Counted from the first letter of the stretch, positions 38,615 to 49,217 are shown. The stretch: 64,000 nt of DNA from Deltaproteobacteria bacterium (GCA_029547045.1 JAKPQL010000063.1:119727-183726), one strand, 5' to 3'. The notes: a model not told the origin generated them from the sequence alone. Numbers and translations: made by a program.

Positions 38615-41185
38615 TTAGCTCGAAGAGGTTTTCATGATCTTTTCCCTCAGGGAATGGAGGAGATTCAGGGCCTGGAGGGGGGTGAGGGAGTCAGGATCGA
38701 TGCTCAGGATCTCCTGCGTCACCGGGTCGACACCCTCCTCGAAGAGACTCGCCTGTACCGGCACGGAGCCCTGGGCTGCGGGCATGGCCCTGGCCTTGGA
38801 GCTCACCGCGGAAAGGATCACCCGGGCCTTGTCCACCACCTCGTCGGGGATGCCGGCAAGCCTGGCGACGTAGATGCCGAAGCTCCTGCCGATGGCGCCA
38901 CGTTTCAGGGTGCGGAGGAACACCACCTCGTGGAGGGTCTCCTCAACGGCCAGGTGGTAGTTCCTGATGCCCGTGCGGCGCCGCGACAGGTCGGCAAGCT
39001 CGTGGTAATGGGTGGCGAAGAAGGTCCTGACGCCGCGGTCGTCCAGGTACTCGGCAACGGCCCATGCGAGCGCCATGCCGTCGTAGGTGGAGGTCCCCCT
39101 TCCGATCTCGTCCAGGATCACCAGGCTCCGGGCGGTGGCGTTCCGGAGGATGTCCGCGGTCTCGCTCATCTCCACCAGAAAGGTGCTCTGGCCGGCAGAG
39201 AGGTTGTCAAGGGCCCCGATGCGCGTGAAGATGCGGTCCACCATGCCGATACAGGCGCGGGATGCCGGCACGAAGGAGCCCATCTGCGCCATGAGGCAGA
39301 TCAGCGCCACCTGGCGCATGTAGGTGGACTTGCCCGCCATGTTGGGACCAGTGATGATGTGGATGGTGTCGCGCTGGCCGTCAAAGGTGCTCGTGTTGGG
39401 GACGAATTCCCCGGGCCTGAGCACCTTCTCCACCACCGGGTGCCTGCCCGAGACGATCTCGATGCGGCGGTCCTGCACCACCTCGGGCTTCACGTAGGCG
39501 TTCAGGCCGGCCACCCAGGCAAGGCTTGCCAGCACATCCAGGCCGGCGAGCGAGAGGGCCGTGGCCTTGAGCTCTTCGATGTGGGGGATGACGGCGTCTT
39601 TCAGTTCGCAGAAGATGCGCTGCTCGATGGCCGCGATGGCGTCCTGGGCCCCCAGGAGCCTGGCCTCGTACTCCTTGAGCTCCGGGGTGATGTAGCGCTC
39701 GGCATTCACCAGGGTCTGCTTGCGGATGTACGTTTCCGGGGCCCTTGCGGCGTTCGCCTTGGTGAGCTCGATATAGTACCCGAAGACCTTGTTGTACCCG
39801 ATCTTGAGGGTACCGACGCCCGTGGCCTCTCGCTCGCGGGCCTCCAGCGCGGCGATCCACTGCCGGGAATCCCTGCGCAGGTCCCTGAGCCCGTCCAGCT
39901 CGGCATCGACGCCCGCGGCGATGACATTTCCGTCTGTCAGGCGCAGCGGCGGGGCCTCCACCAGGGTCCTGTCGATCCGCTCCCTGAGATCCTCCAGGGG
40001 GTGGAGCCCCTGAGAAAGTTCCCTGAGGAGGGGTGCCTCGGCATCTCCCACCATGGCCCTGATGCGGGGGACCTCTCCGAGACCTTCCGCCAGGGAGCGC
40101 ATGTCCCTGGGGTTCGCCGAGCCTGCACAGATCCTGCCGACGATCCGCTCCAGGTCAGGGACGTCCTTCAGCACCTCCCGAAGGCCGCTCAGTGCCCCCT
40201 CCCGGGAGAGCAGGGCCTCCACCGCATCGAGCCTCGCGGTGATTGCACCCACGTCCATGAGGGGAAAGGAGATCCAGTCGGCGAGCATGCGGGACCCCAT
40301 GGGGGTGCCGGTATGGTTGAGCAGGGCGAACAGGGTGTTCTCGCCCCGTCCCGAGATGGTGTCGAACAGCTCCAGGTTCCGCTTCGTGGTGGGCCCGAGC
40401 ATCATGAAGCGGCCCGGGTTGTAGAAGGTCAGGGAGGTGATGTGGGGCAGCACAGCCTTGCTGTGGTGCTTCACGTACTCGAGCACCATGCCCGAGGCCC
40501 TCAGGGCGTCCTGGCTGTCCTTGAGCCCGAAGCCGTCCATGGTCACGGTGCCGAAGTGGTCGCTCAGGAGCTGGTGCGCCCGCTGAGCGGACAGGGGCAG
40601 ACCCACCGGGCTCACGAGGAAGCCGTCCGGCACGAGGCCCGGCTCCGCGGTTACGACCTCGCTGGGCCCCACGCGGAACATCTCGGCGACGAGGTCCTCC
40701 CGGGTCTGGAGCTCGGTGGCCCTGAAGTCCCCGGTGGAGATGTCGATATAGGCGACACCGTAGCATCCGTTCTTCAGGGATGCACACACGGCCATGAGGT
40801 AGTTGGCCCTGTCGCGGACGAGGTGGTCGTCCTCCACGACGAGGCCCGGCGTTATGATGCGCACCACCTCGCGGCGGACAAGGCCCTTGGCGGCGGATGG
40901 GGCCTCGGCCTGCTCGCACACCGCCACCTTGTGGCCGGCCCTGATGAGCCGGGAGATGTAGGATGACGCGCTGTGGTACGGCACCCCGCACATGGGCACC
41001 GGGTTCTCCTTTCCCTTGTCACGGGTGGTGAGCGCGATTCCCAGCAGCCTGGAGGCCACCACGGCGTCGTTGTGGAACATCTCGTAGAAGTCCCCCATGC
41101 GGTAGAACAGGATGGCGTCCGCGCAGTCCCTCTTGATCTCGAGGTACTGCTGCATCATGGGGGTCAGACCGCTGTCATGCTTCAT
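38615..41185 (-). CDS. mutS: DNA mismatch repair protein MutS
   Basis: 856 aa with all MutS domains: the mismatch-binding region (GDFYEMF), the Walker A motif GPNMAGKSTYMRQ, and ST..LVDEIGRGTSTYDG. Confidence 0.95.
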   Translation of the reverse strand: MKHDSGLTPMMQQYLEIKRDCADAILFYRMGDFYEMFHNDAVVASRLLGIALTTRDKGKENPVPMCGVPYHSASSYISRLIRAGHKVAVCEQAEAPSAAKGLVRREVVRIITPGLVVEDDHLVRDRANYLMAVCASLKNGCYGVAYIDISTGDFRATELQTREDLVAEMFRVGPSEVVTAEPGLVPDGFLVSPVGLPLSAQRAHQLLSDHFGTVTMDGFGLKDSQDALRASGMVLEYVKHHSKAVLPHITSLTFYNPGRFMMLGPTTKRNLELFDTISGRGENTLFALLNHTGTPMGSRMLADWISFPLMDVGAITARLDAVEALLSREGALSGLREVLKDVPDLERIVGRICAGSANPRDMRSLAEGLGEVPRIRAMVGDAEAPLLRELSQGLHPLEDLRERIDRTLVEAPPLRLTDGNVIAAGVDAELDGLRDLRRDSRQWIAALEAREREATGVGTLKIGYNKVFGYYIELTKANAARAPETYIRKQTLVNAERYITPELKEYEARLLGAQDAIAAIEQRIFCELKDAVIPHIEELKATALSLAGLDVLASLAWVAGLNAYVKPEVVQDRRIEIVSGRHPVVEKVLRPGEFVPNTSTFDGQRDTIHIITGPNMAGKSTYMRQVALICLMAQMGSFVPASRACIGMVDRIFTRIGALDNLSAGQSTFLVEMSETADILRNATARSLVILDEIGRGTSTYDGMALAWAVAEYLDDRGVRTFFATHYHELADLSRRRTGIRNYHLAVEETLHEVVFLRTLKRGAIGRSFGIYVARLAGIPDEVVDKARVILSAVSSKARAMPAAQGSVPVQASLFEEGVDPVTQEILSIDPDSLTPLQALNLLHSLREKIMKTSSS

Positions 41186-41540
41186 GGAGCGCAGCCTTGC
41201 GGGCCTTCTCCTCGGCTTCCCGGTACTTGGCGAGGCTGGTGTTCTTGAAGCGCTCCACGAACCGGGGGTGCTCCATGTAGGGCAGGTTGGTGTGCAGGAA
41301 GGAGTCCTTCAGGTCCCTCTTCACCTCAGAGAGCTCCCGCGCGTGGACCCCGGGCTTGTTGAGAACCCGGGTGAGGCTGAGGCGCCCGCCGGGGCAGTAC
41401 TTTCTCAGCTCCCCGTCATCTTCTCCCAGGGCCACGGAAAAGGTGATGGCCAAGTGTACCATGTACAGCTCGCCGGAGAGGTGCGTGGTCTTGTCCTCCA
41501 CCTCTATGAGCACGCCGTTCACAAGCTCGATCCGTTCCAT
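41175..41540 (-). CDS. hypothetical protein; stop overlaps mutS start
   Basis: 121 aa. RBS AAGGGAG. 11-nt overlap with mutS. Confidence 0.45.
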   Translation of the reverse strand: MERIELVNGVLIEVEDKTTHLSGELYMVHLAITFSVALGEDDGELRKYCPGGRLSLTRVLNKPGVHARELSEVKRDLKDSFLHTNLPYMEHPRFVERFKNTSLAKYREAEEKARKAALHEA

Positions 41541-41546
41541 ACTCCC

Positions 41547-42398
41547 TTAGGGATAATACGAGGCGGGGGCCAAAAGCAAGTGCTTGTCGCAGAGCCTCAC
41601 CGGCGCTGAGGGCGGGTCCGGATGTCCGGATACCGGCGCAGATGAGAAGAAGTCCGCCGTCACCTCGACGGCTACATCACCCAGCAGGGCGTCGAGCGCC
41701 TCGAGGATGAGGGGGACATGGTCGGGCCGTGCGCAGGAGGCCTCCACAAGCGCGGTGTATGGTCCGTCCCGGTATCCGGTCCTCCACACGAGCCTGTTCG
41801 TGGCGGTCTCCACCATCTCTGCGCTGACTTGTGCAAAGACCTCCACCTGGTAGTTCTCGAGACCGATATAGCGACAGATGGCGCCGTAACGCTCCAGGCA
41901 CACCACGATCAGGTGATCGGCATGCATGGATCTGCCGAGGTTCCGGTAATCCCGACCTGCGTACTCATCCCCGCTCCCATGGCCAGTGAATCGTTCCAGG
42001 GTTTCCAGGTCGATGTCCTGCCCCACAGGGAATGCGCCAAGACCTCTCGTTGCCAGCCCCTGGACGAACAGGGACCGGATCTTGTAGAGACCCTGCGCCC
42101 TGAATTCCCTGGAGGCATCCCTGAGGGTCCGCGTCTCGTACAGGCGCATGGGGTGCTCGTGGTATTCGAGTCCCGGGCCGGAGAGAATCGCGGACCCGCC
42201 GAACACCATGGAGGTATCTGCGGCACTGACGACCACCTCGGGGCCGGGGAACCTGGCAAGGGCAACCCCCACCCGCGTGTCCACGCTGCTCCAGAACGCA
42301 GAATCAACGGGGATATGGCCCTGGCCGGCGCACCCCGAGATGATCAGGGCAACGATGACGGATATGGTTCCATGCTCGATCTTCACGGCAATAGCCAC
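41547..42398 (-). CDS. hypothetical lipoprotein
   Basis: GTG start after AAGGGG, lipobox IISGCAG, 283 aa. Confidence 0.5.
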   Translation of the reverse strand: MAIAVKIEHGTISVIVALIISGCAGQGHIPVDSAFWSSVDTRVGVALARFPGPEVVVSAADTSMVFGGSAILSGPGLEYHEHPMRLYETRTLRDASREFRAQGLYKIRSLFVQGLATRGLGAFPVGQDIDLETLERFTGHGSGDEYAGRDYRNLGRSMHADHLIVVCLERYGAICRYIGLENYQVEVFAQVSAEMVETATNRLVWRTGYRDGPYTALVEASCARPDHVPLILEALDALLGDVAVEVTADFFSSAPVSGHPDPPSAPVRLCDKHLLLAPASYYP

Positions 42399-42568
42399 CC
42401 CTTACCCATATGGCAGCACAGCCTGCAGCGCCACCCACGATAAAAGCCCATGCCCCTCCCTCCACGGACCCACGTAGCGTACTCCCCCTTGCATCTTCCC
42501 GTCATTCCAGGAATTCTATGCAAACTCCATCAGGTCTCAGCTGCCTGGAAGATGACCCCGCCGGACTC

Positions 42569-43351
42569 TCAGTACAGCACCATGACCGACCGCATGAAGT
42601 TCCAGGCCTGATCCAGCGAGCCGCTCATGAGCATGGGCATCATCCTGATGATGAGCGCCGTGAAGACGAGCCCAACGGCAATGGTCAGCGGGAAGGCCAT
42701 GAGGAACACGTTCATCTGCGGCAGGGCCCGCGCGATGATGGCAAAGGACACGTTCACCAGCAGCAGGGTGCCCATCACCGGCGCGGCCACCTTGATCCCG
42801 ATGGCGAACATATGGCCAGCATAGGTGAGAGCTGCCATGAAAAACGGGGTGCGCACCGGGCCGCCGCCCACGGGAATGATGGAGAAGGAGTCCACCAGGG
42901 CCCTGATGAGCATGTGGTGCCCTTCAAAGGAGAAGAACAGGAGAAAGGCGGTGATGTAGAGGAGATTGGACGTGATGGGCGCCGAAGCCCCGGTCATGGG
43001 GTCCACCACGTTCGCGATGGAAAATCCCATCTGGAAGCCCATGAGCTCGCCGCCGATCTGGATGCCCGCGAAGATCACGTCGATGGCGAGCCCCAGTGCG
43101 AGGCCGACGAGCATCTGGTGGACCAGGATGGACGTCAGCAGGAGGAGGTTCAGGTCCTCGGGTCTGATCTGCACCTGCGGCACGACGGGCACGAGGATGT
43201 AGCTCAGGAAGAGCGCGATGATCGCCGTGATCCTGCGCGGGATGATCTCCGCGCTGAAGAAGGGCACCACTGCGAAGACAACGCCGATACGGACAAAGAT
43301 GAGGAACAGGGAGAGAAAGTCAGACCATGCGAAGCTGATGAGCTCGTTCAT
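42569..43351 (-). CDS. fliR: flagellar biosynthesis protein FliR
   Basis: 260 aa polytopic, FliR-like helices. The upstream in-frame extension in the track is arginine/histidine-rich junk. Confidence 0.85.
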   Translation of the reverse strand: MNELISFAWSDFLSLFLIFVRIGVVFAVVPFFSAEIIPRRITAIIALFLSYILVPVVPQVQIRPEDLNLLLLTSILVHQMLVGLALGLAIDVIFAGIQIGGELMGFQMGFSIANVVDPMTGASAPITSNLLYITAFLLFFSFEGHHMLIRALVDSFSIIPVGGGPVRTPFFMAALTYAGHMFAIGIKVAAPVMGTLLLVNVSFAIIARALPQMNVFLMAFPLTIAVGLVFTALIIRMMPMLMSGSLDQAWNFMRSVMVLY

Positions 43352-43617
43352 CGCACAAGGTTGGGGATGTTTGCGAAGAGGTTCGTCGTGTACGTGACGA
43401 GCTTCTCCATGATCCACGGCAGCGCCACCAGCAGGGCCAGAAAGACCACCACGATCTTGGGCACGAAGGTGAGCGTCATCTCCTGGATCTGGGTGACTGC
43501 AGAGAATATGCTGATGGAGAGACCCACGAGCAGGCCCATCAGCAGCATGGGAGCGGACACGAGGAGCGTGATCTTGATGGCCTCGGCCATCATGGTGGTG
43601 ATGGTTTCCGGTGTCAT
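43348..43617 (-). CDS. fliQ: flagellar biosynthesis protein FliQ
   Basis: 89 aa with two TMs. 4-nt overlap with fliR. Confidence 0.85.
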   Translation of the reverse strand: MTPETITTMMAEAIKITLLVSAPMLLMGLLVGLSISIFSAVTQIQEMTLTFVPKIVVVFLALLVALPWIMEKLVTYTTNLFANIPNLVR

Positions 43618-44372
43618 CCGACAAACCCCCGTATGATTGATCCGACAAGCAGGTTCCACCCGTCCACCAGCACGAAGAGCATGATCTTGAACGGCAGGGA
43701 GATCATGACCGGCGGCAGCATCATCATGCCCATGGACAGCAGGATGGACGACACGACCATGTCGATGATGAGGAAGGGGATGAACAGGATGAACCCGATC
43801 TGGAAGGCCGTCTTGAGCTCGCTTATCATGAACGCGGGGATGAGCGCCCGGGTGGGCACGTCTTCCTTGTTCCTGGGCTTTTCCCTGGTGGTCAGGCCCA
43901 TGAAGAGCTGCAGGTCGGTCTCCCTGGTCTGCTTGAACATGAAGTCGCGGATGGGCCCCTCGGCGTTCGTGAGGGCCTGGCCGAAGGTGATGCTCCCGTT
44001 CTTGTAGGGGGTCAGGGCCTGCTCATTGACCTTGTCCAGGGTGGGAGACATGATGAAGAACGTCAAAAAAATGGCGAGTGCCGTGAGCACCTGCATGGGG
44101 GGCATCTGCTGGGTGCCCAGGGCCTGGCGGAGAAAGCCCAGCACCACCACGATGCGGGTGAAGGCGGTGACCATTATCACGATGGAAGGGGCCAGGGCCA
44201 GGATGGTCAGGATGAACAGGATCTGGAGGGCCCCCACCACGTCCTCGGGGCTCCCCGCCTGCTTGACCCCCAGGCTGACGCTGGGGATGGTGACGCCCTC
44301 TGCGGCGTGCAGGACCGCGGGTATGCACGCTGCGATGATGAGCGCAGGAACGAGCATGCGAAGCGTCTTCAT
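43614..44372 (-). CDS. fliP: flagellar biosynthesis protein FliP
   Basis: Signal peptide and [42 protein letters not shown], the hallmark FliP block. ATGA overlap with fliO. Confidence 0.9.
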   Translation of the reverse strand: MKTLRMLVPALIIAACIPAVLHAAEGVTIPSVSLGVKQAGSPEDVVGALQILFILTILALAPSIVIMVTAFTRIVVVLGFLRQALGTQQMPPMQVLTALAIFLTFFIMSPTLDKVNEQALTPYKNGSITFGQALTNAEGPIRDFMFKQTRETDLQLFMGLTTREKPRNKEDVPTRALIPAFMISELKTAFQIGFILFIPFLIIDMVVSSILLSMGMMMLPPVMISLPFKIMLFVLVDGWNLLVGSIIRGFVG

Positions 44373-44740
44373 TGCCGCTCTCCCCCCTGGTACTGGGACA
44401 GGGAGTGCTCGAAGTCGCCCTCCTGCATGTCCTTGAGCAGGGTCACGGCACCGGCGGTGACCCCGATGAGGAGCACCGACCTGCCGACCCTTATGAGCGC
44501 GAGGCTCGCCCTGTTCCCCACGGACACCTGCCCGAGCACGTCCAGCCCGAGGGACTTGCGGACCCTGGCCACGGGACCGTAACGCCTGACGGCCCATGCC
44601 AGCGCGAACATGAGGGCGATGACGAGCAGCAGGGACGCCGCTGCCCTGAGGCCCGTGGACACGGCGCCCGCCTCGGCCGCCAGGAGCGGCTGGCCGTACG
44701 AGAGGATGCACAGGAGTGCCGCTGTGTTCAGGCGCCTCAT
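44369..44740 (-). CDS. fliO: flagellar biosynthesis protein FliO
   Basis: Single TM, about 120 aa, in the position between fliN and fliP. Confidence 0.6.
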   Translation of the reverse strand: MRRLNTAALLCILSYGQPLLAAEAGAVSTGLRAAASLLLVIALMFALAWAVRRYGPVARVRKSLGLDVLGQVSVGNRASLALIRVGRSVLLIGVTAGAVTLLKDMQEGDFEHSLSQYQGGERQ

Positions 44741-45231
44741 GCGAGCCTCTTCACCCGTTCCAGGGGGCTCACGATGTCCGTGATCCTGATGCCGAACTTT
44801 TCGCTCACCACCACCACCTCGCCCCGGGCGATGAGCTTGTTGTTGATGAGGATGTCCAGGGGCTCCCCCGCCAGCCTGTTCAGCTCGATGACCGAACCCT
44901 GCCCGATCTGCAGCAGGTCGTTGATGAGCATCCTGGTCCTGCCCATCTCCACGGTCACCTCCAGGGGGATGTCGAGGATGAAGTCGAGGTCCTTGGCAGG
45001 ACCGGCCGCCGGTCTCGTCTCGTCGAGCTCGGTGAAGGTGGCCTTCCTGGCGGTCTTGTCGAAGGGCTTTCCCTCCTCGATCTCCGCCCCCGATTCCAGG
45101 GCCTGGGCCCAGTCTTCGGCAAGCTTGTCCTGGTCGAGGCCCGCGTCCTTCTTCCCCTCGGAGTCCCCGCCCATGAGCTTGTCGATATCGTCCTGGCTGA
45201 GCGTCCCGCCCGTCTTGTCGTCTAGTGCCAT
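44737..45231 (-). CDS. fliN: flagellar motor switch protein FliN
   Basis: C-terminal SpoA/FliN domain ([29 protein letters not shown]...). Confidence 0.85.
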   Translation of the reverse strand: MALDDKTGGTLSQDDIDKLMGGDSEGKKDAGLDQDKLAEDWAQALESGAEIEEGKPFDKTARKATFTELDETRPAAGPAKDLDFILDIPLEVTVEMGRTRMLINDLLQIGQGSVIELNRLAGEPLDILINNKLIARGEVVVVSEKFGIRITDIVSPLERVKRLA

Positions 45232-45241
45232 ACCCCCCTCC

Positions 45242-46231
45242 TTAGTAGAGCTTCCTGTCGATGGTTCCCACCACGTCTATTGCGAGACAATCCTTGATCC
45301 TGCCCGGCCGCGCATAAAATTTCGGCAGGTTCTGCACTTTCACCACGAGCGGGTCGTTGATGTCCTTGTCCAGGACCACCACGTTCCCGGGCCTCAGCGA
45401 CGCGAGGTCACGGGGCGAGATCATGCTGCGGCCGAGTTCCACGTCCACGTCCACGTACACGCCCATGAGCTCTCCCTTGAGTCGGTTGACCCAGGCTCCG
45501 TCTATGCTCATCTTCTCCTCGGAGTGGAAGGTTGCGTAGAGCCGGTCCCGGATGGGCTCGATGAGCATGTACGGCAGGCAGACCATGATGTTGCCGGTCA
45601 TCTCGTCCATCTCCACCTCGAACTGGACCACCACGATGACGTCCTCGTTGGGGATGATGCCCGCGAACTGGGGGTTCATCTCCGAGCGGATGTACTGGAA
45701 ATCCAGCTCGTACACCGGCTGCCAGGCGTTCACGAGCTCCTTGATGGCCGAGTGCACCACCTTGTGGAGCATGCGCTGCTCGATGGCGGTGAACTCCCTG
45801 CCCTCGACCTTCATGGTGCCGGCCCCCCTGCCGCCGAAGAAGCTGTCGATGAGCGCGAAGACGAGCTTGGTCTCCACGATGACCAGGGCATTGCCCCGAA
45901 GCGGCTCCACCCGGATGATGTGGATGCTCGAGGGCACCGGGAGAGAGCGCATGAAATTGCCGAACTTGATGGTGTCCATGGACACCGGCGTGATGTCCAC
46001 CATCTTCCTGAGCATGCTGGACAGGGTGTTCCGGAAGAAGCGTGCGAACCGGTCGTGGATGGCGTCCAGCGACGGCATCCTCCCGCGGACGACCTTGTCC
46101 TGGGCGGCGAAGTCGAAGCTCTGGAACTGCCCCTCCTCCGCCTGGGGGACCGCCGTCTCGGTGGCGATCTCGCCGCCGACCACCCCTTTCAAGAGGGCAT
46201 CAACCTCTTCCTGAGTCAGTATCTGTCCCAT
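45242..46231 (-). CDS. fliM: flagellar motor switch protein FliM
   Basis: N-terminal CheY-P binding LTQEEVDALL and a FliM middle domain, 329 aa. Confidence 0.9.
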   Translation of the reverse strand: MGQILTQEEVDALLKGVVGGEIATETAVPQAEEGQFQSFDFAAQDKVVRGRMPSLDAIHDRFARFFRNTLSSMLRKMVDITPVSMDTIKFGNFMRSLPVPSSIHIIRVEPLRGNALVIVETKLVFALIDSFFGGRGAGTMKVEGREFTAIEQRMLHKVVHSAIKELVNAWQPVYELDFQYIRSEMNPQFAGIIPNEDVIVVVQFEVEMDEMTGNIMVCLPYMLIEPIRDRLYATFHSEEKMSIDGAWVNRLKGELMGVYVDVDVELGRSMISPRDLASLRPGNVVVLDKDINDPLVVKVQNLPKFYARPGRIKDCLAIDVVGTIDRKLY

Positions 46232-46240
46232 GGTACAACC

Positions 46241-46783
46241 TCACTGGACCACGAATTCCGTAAAATACACCTGGGTGACCTGCCCGGACGAAAGGTACCT
46301 GTTCACCGCGTTGGCGATCTCGCGCTTGAGCATGCGCTTGCCCGCCACGGTGGCCACGTCGTCGAAGGTCTTGTTGGACAGGATCATGAGCACCTCGTCG
46401 CGGATCTGGGGCAGCTTCGAGGCGATCTCGGAATCCGTGCCGGGGTTGTCCACCTCGAACTGCATGACCGCTTTCAGGTAGCGCTGCCCCTGGGCGTCGG
46501 CCAGGTTCACGATGAACGGGTCGAGCACCTTCAGGGGGCCGGCCGTGCCGGCCGGGCCGCCATGGCCTTCCTCACCGCCGTGCTTGACCGGCTGCTCCTG
46601 CCTGGCCTCGCCGCCTCCCTCGCCCGCTTCCTGCCCCTTCTTCGGGGACGCGATGAGAAAATAGGCCGCAGCTGCACCCACCAGGAGCAGCACGACCACT
46701 GCCGCGATGACGATGATCATCACCGGGGGCTTCTTCTTCGGTGCCGCCTCTTCCTTCTTTTCCTGTTTTTCCTCGCCAGCCAT
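46241..46783 (-). CDS. fliL: flagellar basal body-associated protein FliL
   Basis: Single TM plus the FliL periplasmic domain (FIVNLAD...RYLKAVMQFEV). RBS GGAGGG. Confidence 0.75.
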   Translation of the reverse strand: MAGEEKQEKKEEAAPKKKPPVMIIVIAAVVVLLLVGAAAAYFLIASPKKGQEAGEGGGEARQEQPVKHGGEEGHGGPAGTAGPLKVLDPFIVNLADAQGQRYLKAVMQFEVDNPGTDSEIASKLPQIRDEVLMILSNKTFDDVATVAGKRMLKREIANAVNRYLSSGQVTQVYFTEFVVQ

Positions 46784-46793
46784 ATGCGCCCTC

Positions 46794-47507
46794 CTATATG
46801 CGGTCTTTCAAGAGGATGATCTCCACCCGTCTGTTCTTCTCCCGGCCGGTGGCGGTGTCGTTGGTGGCGACGGGCCTCTTCTGGCCGTACCCTGCCACGC
46901 AGAACCTCTCCATGCCCATGCCCAGGCCATAGACGAAGAAGTCCGCCACGCTGGTGGCCCGCTGCAGGGAAAGATACCAGTTGGCGCGCCGGCTGCCTTG
47001 GTTGTCCGTGTGGCCCTCCACCGCGATGGTGGCATCCACGTCCCTGATGGTCCCCGCGATGGCGCGGAGCACCGGTTCCGCCTCCTTCCTCACCCTGAAG
47101 GAGCCTTCTTGGAACAGCACGTCGCCGCTCACCCGGATGGACAGGCCCCTGCCCGTCACCTGGACCTCGGCCTCCTCGCCTTCGGCGGGCACGTCCTGGC
47201 CGAGCTGTCTCATGGCAAGCACCAGGGTCCTGGTGAGCTCCTGCCGCTTGAGCTCGATGACCTCCTGCGTCAGTTTCACCATGGGCTCGGTGACGCGCAC
47301 CTGGTGCTCGCGCGGGTACTCAAGCGGCCCCGCCACCGAGCTGAAGAACCCGAACGCATCCTTGAGGGCCTTGCTGTCCATGGAGCTCATGGCGATGATC
47401 ATGACGAAGAACGTGAGCAGCAGCGTGACCATGTCGGAGAACGTGACCAGCCAGCCCAACCGATCGGGCAGCTTCACGGAGGTCACATCGGTGTCTTTGC
47501 GTGCCAT
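46794..47507 (-). CDS. motB: flagellar stator protein MotB (retains channel Asp)
   Basis: WLVTFSDMVTLLLTFFVMI carries the conserved Asp. C-terminal OmpA-like PG-binding domain (NRRVEI). TGATG overlap with the upstream motB-like gene. Confidence 0.8.
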   Translation of the reverse strand: MARKDTDVTSVKLPDRLGWLVTFSDMVTLLLTFFVMIIAMSSMDSKALKDAFGFFSSVAGPLEYPREHQVRVTEPMVKLTQEVIELKRQELTRTLVLAMRQLGQDVPAEGEEAEVQVTGRGLSIRVSGDVLFQEGSFRVRKEAEPVLRAIAGTIRDVDATIAVEGHTDNQGSRRANWYLSLQRATSVADFFVYGLGMGMERFCVAGYGQKRPVATNDTATGREKNRRVEIILLKDRI

Positions 47508-48295
47508 CACTGTTCTTCCAATTCGAAGTTGAATCCCTTGTAGAAGAAGGACCGCCTCCACTCCATGCGTGACTGCCGGATATTGTCAAGCGTCACGTCA
47601 CCGGGCAGATCTCCGGTGATGACGATCTCCACCCTCCGGTTCAGCCTCCTCCCGTCCTCTGTGGCGTTCGTGGCCAGCGGCCTGGACGAGCCCATCCCGT
47701 ACGCGCTCAGCCTCTCGCCCGGGATGCCCCTGTCCTCAAGATACGAGAGCACGGCCAAAGCCCTGGCCGCGGACAGTCCCCAGTTGGAGAAGAACGGCGC
47801 CTTCTCGACGGGGATGGAGTCCGTGTGCCCCGTGACGATGACCTTGTTGTCGATCCGGGAGAGGATCCGGGCAACGGCCGCGAGCACGGCCCGGCTCTCG
47901 GGTCCCAGCGCGTCGGTCTCACCGTCGAAGAGGATCCCCGCCTTGATGGATATGATCACCCCGAGTTTGCCCTGGCTCACGGAAACGCCGGTCACCGCCC
48001 CGGCCTCGTTCAGCGTGTCCTCGATGTTCCTGATGTTCACGGGCCCGGTCTCCACGGACGGCCCCTGGGGAAGGATGTTCTTCAGCATGTCCATGGAGAA
48101 GGGGCTCCTCCCCCCGGGCAGGACGCCGAAGCTCCCCATGATGGAGCCGATGGCCATCTTCTGCTTCTGGACGTCCCTGACGCTCATGGATGCGAGCACC
48201 ACGAAGAAGGTCAGGAGGATGAGGAAGAGCGACCCGAAGAGCACGATGCCCGTGTTCCTCGGCCTCTCCACATAGACGACCTTCCTGCGCGGCAT
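47507..48295 (-). CDS. MotB-like protein lacking the proton-channel Asp
   Basis: TM IVLFGSLFLILLTFFVVLAS has Gly-Ser where Ser-Asp is expected. OmpA-like C-terminus (GHTDSIP...NRRVEIV). Lies immediately after motA. Confidence 0.7.
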   Translation of the reverse strand: MPRRKVVYVERPRNTGIVLFGSLFLILLTFFVVLASMSVRDVQKQKMAIGSIMGSFGVLPGGRSPFSMDMLKNILPQGPSVETGPVNIRNIEDTLNEAGAVTGVSVSQGKLGVIISIKAGILFDGETDALGPESRAVLAAVARILSRIDNKVIVTGHTDSIPVEKAPFFSNWGLSAARALAVLSYLEDRGIPGERLSAYGMGSSRPLATNATEDGRRLNRRVEIVITGDLPGDVTLDNIRQSRMEWRRSFFYKGFNFELEEQ

Positions 48296-48296
48296 G

Positions 48297-49076
48297 CTAT
48301 TCTCCTCTCGGACGGCCCGCCACCTGCTCCCGCATGGCCGGGGCGAGGAACGAGTGGAGCTTGCGCTCCACGATCCGGGGGTTGTCGCCTGCGGAGATGC
48401 ACATGATACCCTCGATGATCATGCCCTTCTCCAGGACCTCCTCCCGGGAACGCATGGTGAGCTTCCCCGCCATGGGCAGGGCCACGAGGTTCGCCATGAT
48501 GGCGCCGTAGAAGGTGGTGATGATGGCCACCGCCATGGCCGGGCCGATGGTGGACGGGTCGGACATGGACTGGAGCATCTGCACCAGGCCGATGAGCGTG
48601 CCCACCATGCCCATGGCCGGGGCGAAGGTGCCGATGGAGTTCAGGATGTCGGCCCCCCTGATGTGGCGCTGCTCGATGTGCTCGATCTCGGTCTCCAGGA
48701 TATCGCGGATGGACTGGGGCTCGAGCCCGTCGATGACGAGTTCCAGACCCTGCTTGAAGAACGGGTCCCGCAGGTCTTCGGTGGCGGCCTCCAGGGCCAG
48801 GATCCCTTCCCGGCGCGCCCGGGAGGCGAAGTCCACGAACAGCGGAATCAACCCCTTGGCGTCGCGGTGCTGGGTGAAGAAGACGTTCTTCACCACGCCG
48901 AAGACGCCGAACACGTCCTTGAGGGGGTAGTTGATGAAGATGATGCCGAAGGTGCCCCCTATGGTTATGAACACGCTCGGCATGTCAACGAACAGGGTCA
49001 GCGGTCCGCCCGCCATGATCCCCATGAGGACCATGCCGAAGGCGGCCAGCACTCCGATAATCGTTGAAAGATCCAT
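48297..49076 (-). CDS. motA: flagellar stator protein MotA
   Basis: Four-TM MotA/TolQ/ExbB family with the conserved TFAPAMGMVGTLIGLV block. Confidence 0.9.
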   Translation of the reverse strand: MDLSTIIGVLAAFGMVLMGIMAGGPLTLFVDMPSVFITIGGTFGIIFINYPLKDVFGVFGVVKNVFFTQHRDAKGLIPLFVDFASRARREGILALEAATEDLRDPFFKQGLELVIDGLEPQSIRDILETEIEHIEQRHIRGADILNSIGTFAPAMGMVGTLIGLVQMLQSMSDPSTIGPAMAVAIITTFYGAIMANLVALPMAGKLTMRSREEVLEKGMIIEGIMCISAGDNPRIVERKLHSFLAPAMREQVAGRPRGE

Positions 49077-49123
49077 ACCCGTACCCCTTGCTCCTCGCGG
49101 TCTGAATGCTCGATGCAGAGAAA

Positions 49124-49139
49124 AGCAAGGGCTGTGCCA
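49124..49139 (-). promoter_or_regulatory. sigma-54 promoter upstream of motA (TGGCAC-agccc-TTGCT)
   Basis: Minus-strand reading ccctgTGGCACagcccTTGCTttt, a perfect match to the -24/-12 consensus, about 45 nt upstream of the motA ATG. Confidence 0.7.
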
Positions 49140-49217
49140 CAGGGGGCGTTCGCCTCAACATACTGTTTTTATTGATTTGTATTCTTTTCGGACCAGGGGG
49201 TTCCACTCGAGGAGAGG

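Noticed and set aside
38345-40966. 873-aa plus-strand ORF opposite mutS
   Set aside because: Antisense artefact. mutS on the minus strand is unambiguous.
44372-46819. 815-aa plus-strand ORF across the fliO-fliL region
   Set aside because: Antisense to five well-supported flagellar genes.
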